Of a stretch of 64,000 nt of DNA, positions 28,451 to 36,434 are shown one piece after another; the stretch's first letter is position 1; each line of letters starts with the position of its first letter. A model generated the notes under the pieces. The model was not told the origin of the DNA and did not search any database. It saw only the letters and a program-made list of their open reading frames with translations. Both the position numbers and the translations under genes were made by a program. The DNA comes from Patescibacteria group bacterium UBA926 (GTDB lineage: Bacteria > Patescibacteriota > Doudnabacteria > UBA920): assembly GCA_002293685.1 (NCBI GenBank), contig DBDS01000006.1, positions 108,867 through 172,866 on the forward strand, in the 5' to 3' direction.

Positions 28451-29110
28451 ATGAAACATATAATACCCGAAAACTTAAAAGGCATTACTGGCAAATTTTA
28501 CGCTAAGCGTTACCGCAAGGGAACTGTAGATAAAGTGCAGCCATTGTTTAGTAAAGCCAACATTATAAAAAAGCGCGAGGCGTGGGCGTGGTTTGCTGTT
28601 GACCAACTAGGCTTTAACTGGTTAGTTCCTTTTGCAAAGAGGTTGCAGCGCAAGTGGGTGCAATTAGAAAGCAAGGCAGAGGTAATACTGAATGAAAACT
28701 TTTTAGGCATTGGTGCGGTAACAGACAATTTGGTAGTAAGCAGCAGCAATCACGGGCGCAATCTGATTTGCCAAAGACTGGCAGGGCTGACTACTTACGA
28801 CTTGGCAGTTGGTTATGTGGAAATGGGAACCAGCGCAACAGCACCAACCAATGCTGATACAGACTTAAACACTGCTGTAGTGCGGGCAGGCAGCCCTGCA
28901 TATACGATTGCTAATAATGTGCTTACACTGCGATTTTTCCTAGCTGACGGCACGGTAGCTAATAACACTTATAACGAAATGGGTACATTTATTGGCGGTA
29001 GCGCAACCTTAGGCAGCGGGCAAATGTGGAACCACGCATTGTTTAGCAGCCCTTATGTAAAGGCAAGTGGCGAAGATACCACAATAGAATTAGTAATAAC
29101 AGTAAATTAA
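28451..29110 (+). CDS. hypothetical tail tip protein
   Basis: ATG at 28451 (MKHII...), 219 aa, in the tail tip module. Confidence 0.35.
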   Translation: MKHIIPENLKGITGKFYAKRYRKGTVDKVQPLFSKANIIKKREAWAWFAVDQLGFNWLVPFAKRLQRKWVQLESKAEVILNENFLGIGAVTDNLVVSSSNHGRNLICQRLAGLTTYDLAVGYVEMGTSATAPTNADTDLNTAVVRAGSPAYTIANNVLTLRFFLADGTVANNTYNEMGTFIGGSATLGSGQMWNHALFSSPYVKASGEDTTIELVITVN

Positions 29111-29120
29111 ATAAAACTAT

Positions 29121-30422
29121 ATGAAAAGCAGCGCAGTAGCGGCAGGCGATACAGCCACAGCCGCACAATACAATAATTTAAGACAAGACGCCAGCGCGTC
29201 AAGTTTTTTGTACCCGTCTGCACAATCTAGCCCAAATATGACAATAAAAATTGAGGCTGGACTAGGATTTATAGGACAGACGAAAGTTGAATATGCAGGG
29301 GGGAATAGCCCAACAATGACAGCGCCAACTGTTAACCCACGCATTGACTTGGTTTATATTGATAGTGCTGGAACTATTACAATCGCAAATGGGGCAGAGG
29401 CAGCCAGCCCAAGCGCACCAGCACTTGTAAATAATACTATACCAATTTGCTATATCTACCACCGAACAACAGCGACAGGTATTTATGATACTGATACTGC
29501 TGGGCAATCTTATATCTATAAAGATTTGCGAGCTTTTCTTACGAACCCAGCAGTTGTGCAGGGTGGTAGTAATATGCAAATTTTTGAAGCCGTTGGGGCT
29601 GGAACTTGGAACAAGCCTACAGGTACAGGTGCAAATAGTGTTGTTATTGTTGAAGTTTGGGGTAGCGGTGGCGGCGGTGGTAATGGTGCTAACGCTACTG
29701 GCGGCGGTGGCGGCGGTGGCGGTGCATATTTTAAGAAAGTTTTTAAAGCGTCTGAACTAGGCTCAACAGAAAGTATCTCAGTAGCGCAAGGTGGCGGCGG
29801 TGGCTCAACTAACGGGGCAGCAGGAAACAACGGCGCCAGCTCTACTTTTGGTAGTGGTGCAACCCTAGTTACAGGATATGGCGGCGGGCGTGGACGAGAG
29901 GGCGTTGCAGACGGGCAAGGCGGCGGCGGTGGCATGTATGGTGCTGGCGAGGGCGGCGGCGTCGGTGGTAGTGGTATTGGTGGTAATGGTGGTTTAGGGG
30001 GCGCACCCAATATACCAAATAATGCAACCTTTACCCACCCGTCTGGTTATGGATTAGGTGCTAACGCTGGCAATGGTATGAACGCAGGGAATAGCACTAC
30101 TGGTGGTGGTGGCGGTGCAGATAGCACACAAACCCCAGGCAGTAGCGTGTTTGGTGGTGGTGGTGGCGGTGCAAGCGGGAATGGTGGGGTTAGTGTTTAC
30201 GGTGGTGGTGGTGGTGGCGGTGCAGGTGCCACAACAGTATCAACTTGTTTAGGCGGTGTAAGCCCCTTTGGTGGGAAAGGTGGTAATGCAGGTAATGGAA
30301 CAATAGCAGCAGAGGACGGACAACAGCCAGGCGGTGGTGGCGGCGGCTCAAGGGGTAATTCCGCTGGTAGCAGAGCTGGCAATGGCGGTAATGGGAAAGT
30401 AGTAGTAACAACTATATTCTAA
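29121..30422 (+). CDS. glycine-rich putative tail fibre / receptor-binding protein
   Basis: 433 aa. N-terminal 190 aa ordinary. The remainder is poly-Gly blocks (GGGGG runs) interspersed with N/S/T/A. Confidence 0.5.
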   Translation: MKSSAVAAGDTATAAQYNNLRQDASASSFLYPSAQSSPNMTIKIEAGLGFIGQTKVEYAGGNSPTMTAPTVNPRIDLVYIDSAGTITIANGAEAASPSAPALVNNTIPICYIYHRTTATGIYDTDTAGQSYIYKDLRAFLTNPAVVQGGSNMQIFEAVGAGTWNKPTGTGANSVVIVEVWGSGGGGGNGANATGGGGGGGGAYFKKVFKASELGSTESISVAQGGGGGSTNGAAGNNGASSTFGSGATLVTGYGGGRGREGVADGQGGGGGMYGAGEGGGVGGSGIGGNGGLGGAPNIPNNATFTHPSGYGLGANAGNGMNAGNSTTGGGGGADSTQTPGSSVFGGGGGGASGNGGVSVYGGGGGGGAGATTVSTCLGGVSPFGGKGGNAGNGTIAAEDGQQPGGGGGGSRGNSAGSRAGNGGNGKVVVTTIF

Positions 30423-30426
30423 AAAA

Positions 30427-31107
30427 ATGAAAAAAATAATTTACACACTTAATATAAATAACTACGCCCCCGAATTAAGGGCGTTAACGCGCCCGCACTT
30501 AGAGTTTTACGCTAAAAGGATTGGCGCCGAAATTATAGATATTACAGAGCGCAAATACCCACACATGCCTGTGGTTTATGAAAAGCTGCAAATCTATGAT
30601 TTAGCACAAAAATATAGAGCAGATTGGAATATATACATTGACAGCGACTGCTTAATACACCCTGAAACAATAGATTTTACTAACTTTTTAGATAAAAGCA
30701 CTGTTTTCCAAGTAGGTAGCGATATGGCGGCTATTAGGTGGCGTTACGATAAATATTTTTTGCGCGACGGTAGAAATATTGGAACATGTAATTGGTTTAC
30801 CATTTTTAGCGACTGGTGCATTGATTTATATAAACCGCTTGAAGATATGGAACTAGACGAGGTAATGCAATATATGTATCCAACCGTTATAGAAAGAACC
30901 ACAGTAGTAGATACTGCCCATTTGATTGACGATTTTGTGTTATCAAGGAATGTAGCGAGGTATGGGTTGAAGTACCAAAATTTAAAAGAATTGTTGGAAA
31001 AAATTGGCTTGCCAAATGCAAACTTTTTTTGGCACGAATACCTAATTACCACCCAAGAAAAAGTGGCAAAGGCTAAGGAAGTCATAAAACTATGGAAAAT
31101 TAACTAA
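30427..31107 (+). CDS. DxD-motif glycosyltransferase-like protein (AT-rich moron)
   Basis: 226 aa. YDLAQKYRADWNIYIDSDCLI resembles the sugar-binding DxD region of GT32/GT8-type transferases. G+C clearly below flanking phage DNA. Confidence 0.4.
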   Translation: MKKIIYTLNINNYAPELRALTRPHLEFYAKRIGAEIIDITERKYPHMPVVYEKLQIYDLAQKYRADWNIYIDSDCLIHPETIDFTNFLDKSTVFQVGSDMAAIRWRYDKYFLRDGRNIGTCNWFTIFSDWCIDLYKPLEDMELDEVMQYMYPTVIERTTVVDTAHLIDDFVLSRNVARYGLKYQNLKELLEKIGLPNANFFWHEYLITTQEKVAKAKEVIKLWKIN

Positions 31108-31114
31108 ATTAAGC

Positions 31115-31534
31115 ATGGCAGAAGATACACAACAAGACCGACGCACCCCTGAGGTGCCACCATACCCACATGCGGTACAAAGCGACCATGACGCTATTGT
31201 AACCTTAGTTGCCGAAACACGGGCGTTGAGCAGGCAAATAAGCGAAATGAAAAATGTAGAGCTTAAAGACATTAGGGCTGACATTAAAGAGGTAAAGGAC
31301 AATGTGGCTGACCGAGTGCGGGATTTGGAACAAGAGAAAATAGACAAGGCAGAGGTGTTGAAAATGCAGCAGGACGCTGAGAAAATACACACCGACCACG
31401 AAACCCGTATTAGGGTTAATGAGCAATTTAGAGAAAATTTTAAAGGCAAGTACGCCATTTTGGCGGTGCTTGGCAGTGCGGTTATTTCTGTTGTTGTATC
31501 TTTAGTGATTTTAGCGGCTAACAAATTAACCTGA
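31115..31534 (+). CDS. XhlA-like lysis-associated membrane protein (coiled coil + C-terminal TM)
   Basis: 139 aa. Charged coiled-coil N-terminus. Single C-terminal TM YAILAVLGSAVISVVVSLVILAA. Immediately upstream of the endolysin. Confidence 0.35.
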   Translation: MAEDTQQDRRTPEVPPYPHAVQSDHDAIVTLVAETRALSRQISEMKNVELKDIRADIKEVKDNVADRVRDLEQEKIDKAEVLKMQQDAEKIHTDHETRIRVNEQFRENFKGKYAILAVLGSAVISVVVSLVILAANKLT

Positions 31535-31538
31535 AAAC

Positions 31539-32990
31539 ATGGATAACGAACTATACCCGTTGGGTGCGGTTAAAGACCCTGTAGACGAACGCGACATACT
31601 CTATGCTACCGTGGCTGAACCAGTGGCTAGTTTGCCGCGCAAGTTTAGCCTGCGCGATAAGCAAAGCCCTGTGGCACGGCAAAAGTACGGCAGCTGTGTT
31701 GGATTTGCCAATAAGAGCGCGTGCGAATACCACCGTAAACGACTGCTTAATATAGACGAGGTTTTAAGTGGCAGATTTACATATGGCAGGTGCAAAGAAT
31801 TAGACGGCAGACCAGACGACGAGGGAACCTACCCACGCTTAGCACTGAGCGTTGCATTTGGCAAAGGCTTGGTGCTAGATAAGGATTTTTCTAACTCTAA
31901 ACCGCCCAGCCCCACCCACGCAGACTACATAAAGGCACCAGCTGACGAAATAACAGAGGGTGCCATACAAAGGGCAATGGTGGGTGGGTTTGTGCGGGTG
32001 CGCAACCTACAGGAACTTAAACAGGCATTGGTTGAACACGGCACGGTGCTTATTACCGTAAGTGTGTACACGCAGTTTGACAATCCCGAAAACGACGGTT
32101 TTATACCATGGGCAGCACAGCGAGCCAGCAGAGGCAGCCACGCAATTGTTTGCACTGGCTATGACGACGATTTTAGAGGCATTGGGGCAATTGAAGTTAA
32201 GAACAACTGGGGCGAGAACTGGGGCGACGACGGCTACGGCTGGATTGCTTACGACTACGAGGGCGAGGGGGCAACCCCATGCTGGGATATGTGGGTTATT
32301 GTTGGCGAGGATAAAGTTAATGCGCAGCTAACCAGTGGGGCGCCTATAAATTTGGTTTACCCAGTAGATACGCCAACCCCGTTTGTTACCCAACCTTTTG
32401 GCGCCCGCCCTGAGTATTACAAAAAATACGGCATGGCAGGACATAACGGCATTGACTTTAGAACCCGCGACACTAATAAACGGATATTAGCCTGCGACGA
32501 CGGCGAAGTTATCTTTGCTGGCAATGACGGCAGTTATGGGCAATCAGTAAGGATTAAGCACAGCTGGGGCATGAGCATTTACGCACATAACAGCCAAATA
32601 GTAATACCGCTTTATGAAAATGACGGCAGCAGCCCTAAGAGAGTAAAGCGTGGGCAACATATTGCTATAGCAGGGGCTAGCGGCGACACTGGCAACCCGC
32701 CCGCAGAACATTGCCACTTTGGGATTAGAATTAACGGCGTTAAGAACCCAGCCTACTTTGACTGGGTAGACCCAGCGCCATATTTAAAGAAAGGCGAACG
32801 CATGATTGGATACAAGCACCCAAGCAACAGCACAGTATACCTGCCTATTGGCGGTGGTACTTTAGTGCCTATTACCGACTGGGCTACTTTTTTAGCTTTG
32901 GGCGGCAGCGAAAGCAGTATTGTACAGCTCAGTGCTGAACAGTTTGCAAAGTATACCGTGGCAAACGGCGCGGTATTTACCAAGGCTTAA
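31539..32990 (+). CDS. endolysin with papain-like C1 cysteine peptidase + M23 metallopeptidase domains
   Basis: C1 triad contexts GSCVGFA / GSHAIVCTGYDD / NNWGENWGDDGY. M23 motifs HNGIDF and EHCHFGI. C-terminal ~90 aa possible binding domain. Confidence 0.65.
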   Translation: MDNELYPLGAVKDPVDERDILYATVAEPVASLPRKFSLRDKQSPVARQKYGSCVGFANKSACEYHRKRLLNIDEVLSGRFTYGRCKELDGRPDDEGTYPRLALSVAFGKGLVLDKDFSNSKPPSPTHADYIKAPADEITEGAIQRAMVGGFVRVRNLQELKQALVEHGTVLITVSVYTQFDNPENDGFIPWAAQRASRGSHAIVCTGYDDDFRGIGAIEVKNNWGENWGDDGYGWIAYDYEGEGATPCWDMWVIVGEDKVNAQLTSGAPINLVYPVDTPTPFVTQPFGARPEYYKKYGMAGHNGIDFRTRDTNKRILACDDGEVIFAGNDGSYGQSVRIKHSWGMSIYAHNSQIVIPLYENDGSSPKRVKRGQHIAIAGASGDTGNPPAEHCHFGIRINGVKNPAYFDWVDPAPYLKKGERMIGYKHPSNSTVYLPIGGGTLVPITDWATFLALGGSESSIVQLSAEQFAKYTVANGAVFTKA

Positions 32991-33068
32991 CCGATTAGAT
33001 TATTAACTACCGAAAGTTTAGGGGGTACGGGGGGTATGTATGGCTTGAGGTAGGCAAAGGGTAAATGT

Positions 33069-33539
33069 TTGAAATTTATTTTAACATTTATTGCCCTAGT
33101 GGTGCTGGCAACCCCAATAAGCACCCATACAGCGACAGCTGACAGCAGTTACTTAACCTATGACCAGCTTAAGGCTTATACCGAAAAGCAGGCAGAGCAG
33201 CAATGGAGTGCGCAATTAGTTGCTTATGCCCAAACTTTGGTAGGCAAAAGGACTGGCACCTGCGTTTTATCACTGCGCAACCACTTTGGTGTGCCGCGGG
33301 CTGATGTGCAGGGCTTGGCTAAGAGTACAAAAATTAACTCAAAGACAGGCAAGGTAGGGGCGGTAATTGTATTCCGCAATTTATCAAAATATGGGCATGT
33401 GGGCTACATAATTGCAGACCATGGCGACACATGGCTGTATTTCCACAGCAACATAGATTGGCGGGGTACAGGCAGAATAGACAAAATAGCAAAGACAGAC
33501 AGCCGCATTAGCGGTTACAGACTAATTAACTACAAATAA
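33069..33539 (+). CDS. secreted CHAP-domain peptidase/amidase
   Basis: TTG start. Signal peptide (KFILTFIALVVLATPISTHTATA). Cys in GTCVLSL and His in YGHVGYII fit CHAP. Confidence 0.5.
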   Translation: MKFILTFIALVVLATPISTHTATADSSYLTYDQLKAYTEKQAEQQWSAQLVAYAQTLVGKRTGTCVLSLRNHFGVPRADVQGLAKSTKINSKTGKVGAVIVFRNLSKYGHVGYIIADHGDTWLYFHSNIDWRGTGRIDKIAKTDSRISGYRLINYK

Positions 33540-33540
33540 A

Positions 33541-33783
33541 ATGAAACTAGCAGGAAGTGAAAAGTTTGAGATTGACTGGCTAGGCGTCGCAAAGACCGCC
33601 CGCTTGTTTATTGTTACCGTTGGCGGTGCAATTCTGACCGTCGCGCTTGAACAGGCGCTTAAGGAATTTGTGCCAAGCGTAAACCTTGGGGCATACGAAT
33701 GGCTGCGCCCAGCAATCTTTATTGGTTTTAGCACCGCACTGGAATTTGTGCGCCGCTTTGTAACCGATTACAGCAACCGTTAA
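33541..33783 (+). CDS. 2-TM holin-like membrane protein
   Basis: 80 aa with two hydrophobic helices, within the lysis cassette. Terminator follows. Confidence 0.4.
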   Translation: MKLAGSEKFEIDWLGVAKTARLFIVTVGGAILTVALEQALKEFVPSVNLGAYEWLRPAIFIGFSTALEFVRRFVTDYSNR

Positions 33784-33788
33784 ATGAG

Positions 33789-33813
33789 AGGCGCAAGAGT
33801 ATTGCGCCTTTTG
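33789..33813 (+). terminator. rho-independent terminator
   Basis: AGGCGCAA-GAGTA-TTGCGCCT followed by TTTTG. Confidence 0.55.
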
Positions 33814-33865
33814 CTTAAGTGCTGCTGCATGCACTTAGTTAGCAATACATAGGGGGTACCAATGA

Positions 33866-34084
33866 ATGTGCAAAATACTTTGCCCGAAATGCTTGGAAAT
33901 TACGCAAGGCACTAAGCACCATATATTCCCCAAAAGATTTTTTGGGAATGGCGACAGTACGCCTTTGCTGTATCTTTGCAGGCATTGCCATAGTGAGCTG
34001 GAAAAAATAATACCCCAATTCCAACAGTTGGAAAAAGAGGATTATTTACAGCTTACCCGTGAATTTTTGACCATAGAGGTGTAA
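33866..34084 (+). CDS. small HNH-like endonuclease
   Basis: CPKC...HHIFPKR...CRHCH pattern of a His-Me finger. Confidence 0.4.
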   Translation: MCKILCPKCLEITQGTKHHIFPKRFFGNGDSTPLLYLCRHCHSELEKIIPQFQQLEKEDYLQLTREFLTIEV

Positions 34085-34203
34085 CCATGAGAAAACCACG
34101 CGATAGACTATGCAATGAAACCTGCTAAACCGCGCTGGGCAAGCAACCGCAAGCCCACAAAATCCTACCGTTTACCCTGCCAAGGCTACCCAAGCCAGCT
34201 ATG

Positions 34204-34238
34204 AAAGGCGCCGACTACCCCAGTTTGGCGCCTTTTTC
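34204..34238 (+). terminator. rho-independent terminator
   Basis: AAAGGCGCC-(N14)-GGCGCCTTTTTC. Confidence 0.55.
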
Positions 34239-34244
34239 TTTGGT

Positions 34245-34273
34245 TTGACACAGGGGTTGCTTTATATTAGAAT
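34245..34273 (+). promoter_or_regulatory. sigma-70-like promoter (TTGACA-17-TAGAAT) upstream of int leader
   Basis: Consensus -35 and near-consensus -10 with 17-nt spacer. Confidence 0.5.
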
Positions 34274-34477
34274 ATGCTGTTAACTGAATAATTGACCGCA
34301 GCCATTAAATTGGTCGCTTACCACAAGGTAGGTTGAGGCAAACTGCGGTTTTGTGTTACAATAACCCCGCAAAGACTGTATAGATATACGCCTTTGTAAT
34401 TCCAATTGGAATTGGGGTTTTTTACGCCCTTTACCCCGATTGCGCCGCAAGGCGTTGTTGAATAAAGGAACGCACAA

Positions 34478-34506
34478 AACCTACTGATTTGCCTCAGTAG
34501 GTTTTT
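34478..34506 (+). terminator. terminator-like hairpin 18 nt before int start codon
   Basis: AACCTACTGA-TTTGCC-TCAGTAGGTT followed by TTTTT. Confidence 0.55.
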
Positions 34507-34523
34507 GTGTTTTATTAAGCAAA

Positions 34524-35432
34524 ATGAAATTTAGCGAGGCAATCAAAGAATTTAGCGCATGGAAAGGCTTTAGCGTGAAAAATAATACCGTAAGTGGCTA
34601 TACTGGCGATTTACGGCTGCTTGCTTTATATTTGCGCGACCCCGAAATTACCGCAATTAGTTGGGGCGACATACAGCAATACCAAACCGATTGCATAAAA
34701 CTGGGCTGGGATAGCAATACTTTTGTGCGCAAGTTTATAGCTTACCGCAAGTTTTTTGCTTACTGGCACAGCAAAGACCCAAAAGTGCTTGACCCCGAAT
34801 GGATACCAGTAATGTATGCCGAAATGAAACAGCCGCGGGTTATAGACGAGGCAAACTATAAAAAGCTACTTGGGATTTTAAGCAAAGACAGCAAAGACCC
34901 GCGGCACCATAGGAACCGCGCCATGATACAGCTACTATGGGATACTGGCGCCCGCAACGGCGAACTGCTGAGTTTGAACCTAGACGACATTGACTTAAAT
35001 AAAATGTGTGCCGTGATACGCACCGAAAAGGCAAAGTTTAGACGGCAGTACAGGCAAATTTTTTGGACAAAGGAAACCAACGAGAGTATAGGCAATTGGT
35101 TGTCATTGCGCGAAAAGTTAAACAGCAAGTATTGGCTGATTAAAGACAAGGACGCGCTATTTATTTCTGTTACGGGTGTAAAGGCTGGCACTAGGCTAAA
35201 GGTTGGCGGGTTTGCGGAAATGCTGAGGCGGTACTGCGAAAAGGCGGGTATTGACCACTATAACCCACACAGCTTTAGGCACCACATGGGGCATGACATT
35301 ATCAAGAAAGGCGGCAGCAATTCTGATGTAAGCAACATACTAGGGCATAGCAGCTTGCAGAGCAGTTTTATTTACACAATGTTAAATGACAAAGAACTGG
35401 AAAAGAGATACAGGCAATTTAAAGGTCGTTAA
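34524..35432 (+). CDS. int: tyrosine integrase / site-specific recombinase
   Basis: C-terminal catalytic region HSFRHHMGH...ILGHSSLQSSFIYT (R..H..R..Y). N-terminal SAM-like domain. Adjacent to attR. Confidence 0.85.
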   Translation: MKFSEAIKEFSAWKGFSVKNNTVSGYTGDLRLLALYLRDPEITAISWGDIQQYQTDCIKLGWDSNTFVRKFIAYRKFFAYWHSKDPKVLDPEWIPVMYAEMKQPRVIDEANYKKLLGILSKDSKDPRHHRNRAMIQLLWDTGARNGELLSLNLDDIDLNKMCAVIRTEKAKFRRQYRQIFWTKETNESIGNWLSLREKLNSKYWLIKDKDALFISVTGVKAGTRLKVGGFAEMLRRYCEKAGIDHYNPHSFRHHMGHDIIKKGGSNSDVSNILGHSSLQSSFIYTMLNDKELEKRYRQFKGR

Positions 35433-35490
35433 TTGCCAACAGATAGTAAAGTGTTATAATTAAGGCAAATAAGCAATTAAGGCATAAACC

Positions 35491-36015
35491 ATGGACAACC
35501 AAACACAGCCAACCAAAAAGGCTATTTACAAGCGCTGGTGGTTTTGGGTGTTGGCAGTTGTTGTGCTGTTTGGCGTCATTGGCGCATTTGACGGCGACGG
35601 CAGCAAGACCGAACCTACTACCCAAGCTGAGAGCAGCACCACACAGGCTTACGCATTTGATGTGCCAAGTTTAATTGGCAAAAATGTAGACGAGGTTAAA
35701 GCAGTATTGGGCAACCCTACAAGCGATACCGAACCTACGCAGGCACAGTTAGCCAATGGGCTGACCAAGGAATGGGAAAAGACATTTACCAAAGACGGCG
35801 TTAGCATGCTAGTAACATACAGACTAGCAGACCGCAGCGTGGTAGACTTTTTCATTTCTACCAATGACCCAAGCGGTATGACAAAAGACACCGCTGCGCT
35901 TAAAAAACTGGGCAACATTACCCTAAGCGACAGCAGGTATAAAATTGACTTTGTAGAGGCGCTGAAAGACAAGAGCCAATACACTGGCATTAAAATTACC
36001 CCTACTGGACTATAA
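35491..36015 (+). CDS. membrane-anchored extracytoplasmic protein (lysogenic conversion / exclusion candidate)
   Basis: N-terminal TM WWFWVLAVVVLFGVIGAF, then a Thr/Ser-rich linker and a ~120-aa domain. Sits between int and attR. Confidence 0.45.
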   Translation: MDNQTQPTKKAIYKRWWFWVLAVVVLFGVIGAFDGDGSKTEPTTQAESSTTQAYAFDVPSLIGKNVDEVKAVLGNPTSDTEPTQAQLANGLTKEWEKTFTKDGVSMLVTYRLADRSVVDFFISTNDPSGMTKDTAALKKLGNITLSDSRYKIDFVEALKDKSQYTGIKITPTGL

Positions 36016-36018
36016 TAG

Positions 36019-36047
36019 AAAACCCCGACATAAAAGTTGGGGTTTTT
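36019..36047 (+). terminator. rho-independent terminator
   Basis: AACCCCGACATAAAAGTTGGGGTTTTT. Confidence 0.65.
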
Positions 36048-36087
36048 ATTTGCACCTGTTGGCAAAAGGGTGTATACTTAACTTACT

Positions 36088-36300
36088 ATGCTAAATAACA
36101 CAGAAATTACAAATAAAGGTGGGCGCCCCATGAACACTGAGGCAGTTAAGTTGGTAAAAACCCTAAAAGACGACAATAACCTTAGTTTTAGAGAGATACT
36201 AGAAGTTATGCAGAAAAGGCTACGCCGCAAGCTGGATATTAAGACCATTTACAGGTGGTACCATTACCGCCTACCAGCTGTGGATAAAACGAGGGGCTAA
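36088..36300 (+). CDS. small HTH-like protein (excisionase/regulator candidate)
   Basis: 70 aa, basic, near attR. Flanked by repeated TGTTGGCAAAA...TATACT motifs. Confidence 0.35.
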   Translation: MLNNTEITNKGGRPMNTEAVKLVKTLKDDNNLSFREILEVMQKRLRRKLDIKTIYRWYHYRLPAVDKTRG

Positions 36301-36303
36301 CCC

Positions 36304-36332
36304 TTGCAAGTGTTGGCAAAACCTGCTATACT
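36304..36332 (+). promoter_or_regulatory. sigma-70-like promoter (TTGCAA-17-TATACT) reading toward attR
   Basis: Good hexamers. Contains the TGTTGGCAAAA motif also present at 36055-36065. Confidence 0.45.
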
Positions 36333-36434
36333 GTATATGTACATTGAAAACTAGCTTTTAACCACTGCCTGCCTACCGAACCCGTAATACACCACATTAT
36401 GGGCTGGGTAGGCAAGCAGGCAGGGTTTAACCCC

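Noticed and set aside
29640-30400. Possible CRISPR-like or tandem DNA repeats in the GGTGGTGGCGGC tract
   Set aside because: The repeats are irregular codon-level GGN runs inside one long ORF, with no repeat-spacer periodicity and no cas genes.
29516-30411. Proline-rich (29516-30010) and His-rich (30190-30411) minus-strand ORFs
   Set aside because: Reverse complement of the GGN-repeat tract of the Gly-rich fibre gene (GGN gives NCC = Pro); compositional artefacts.
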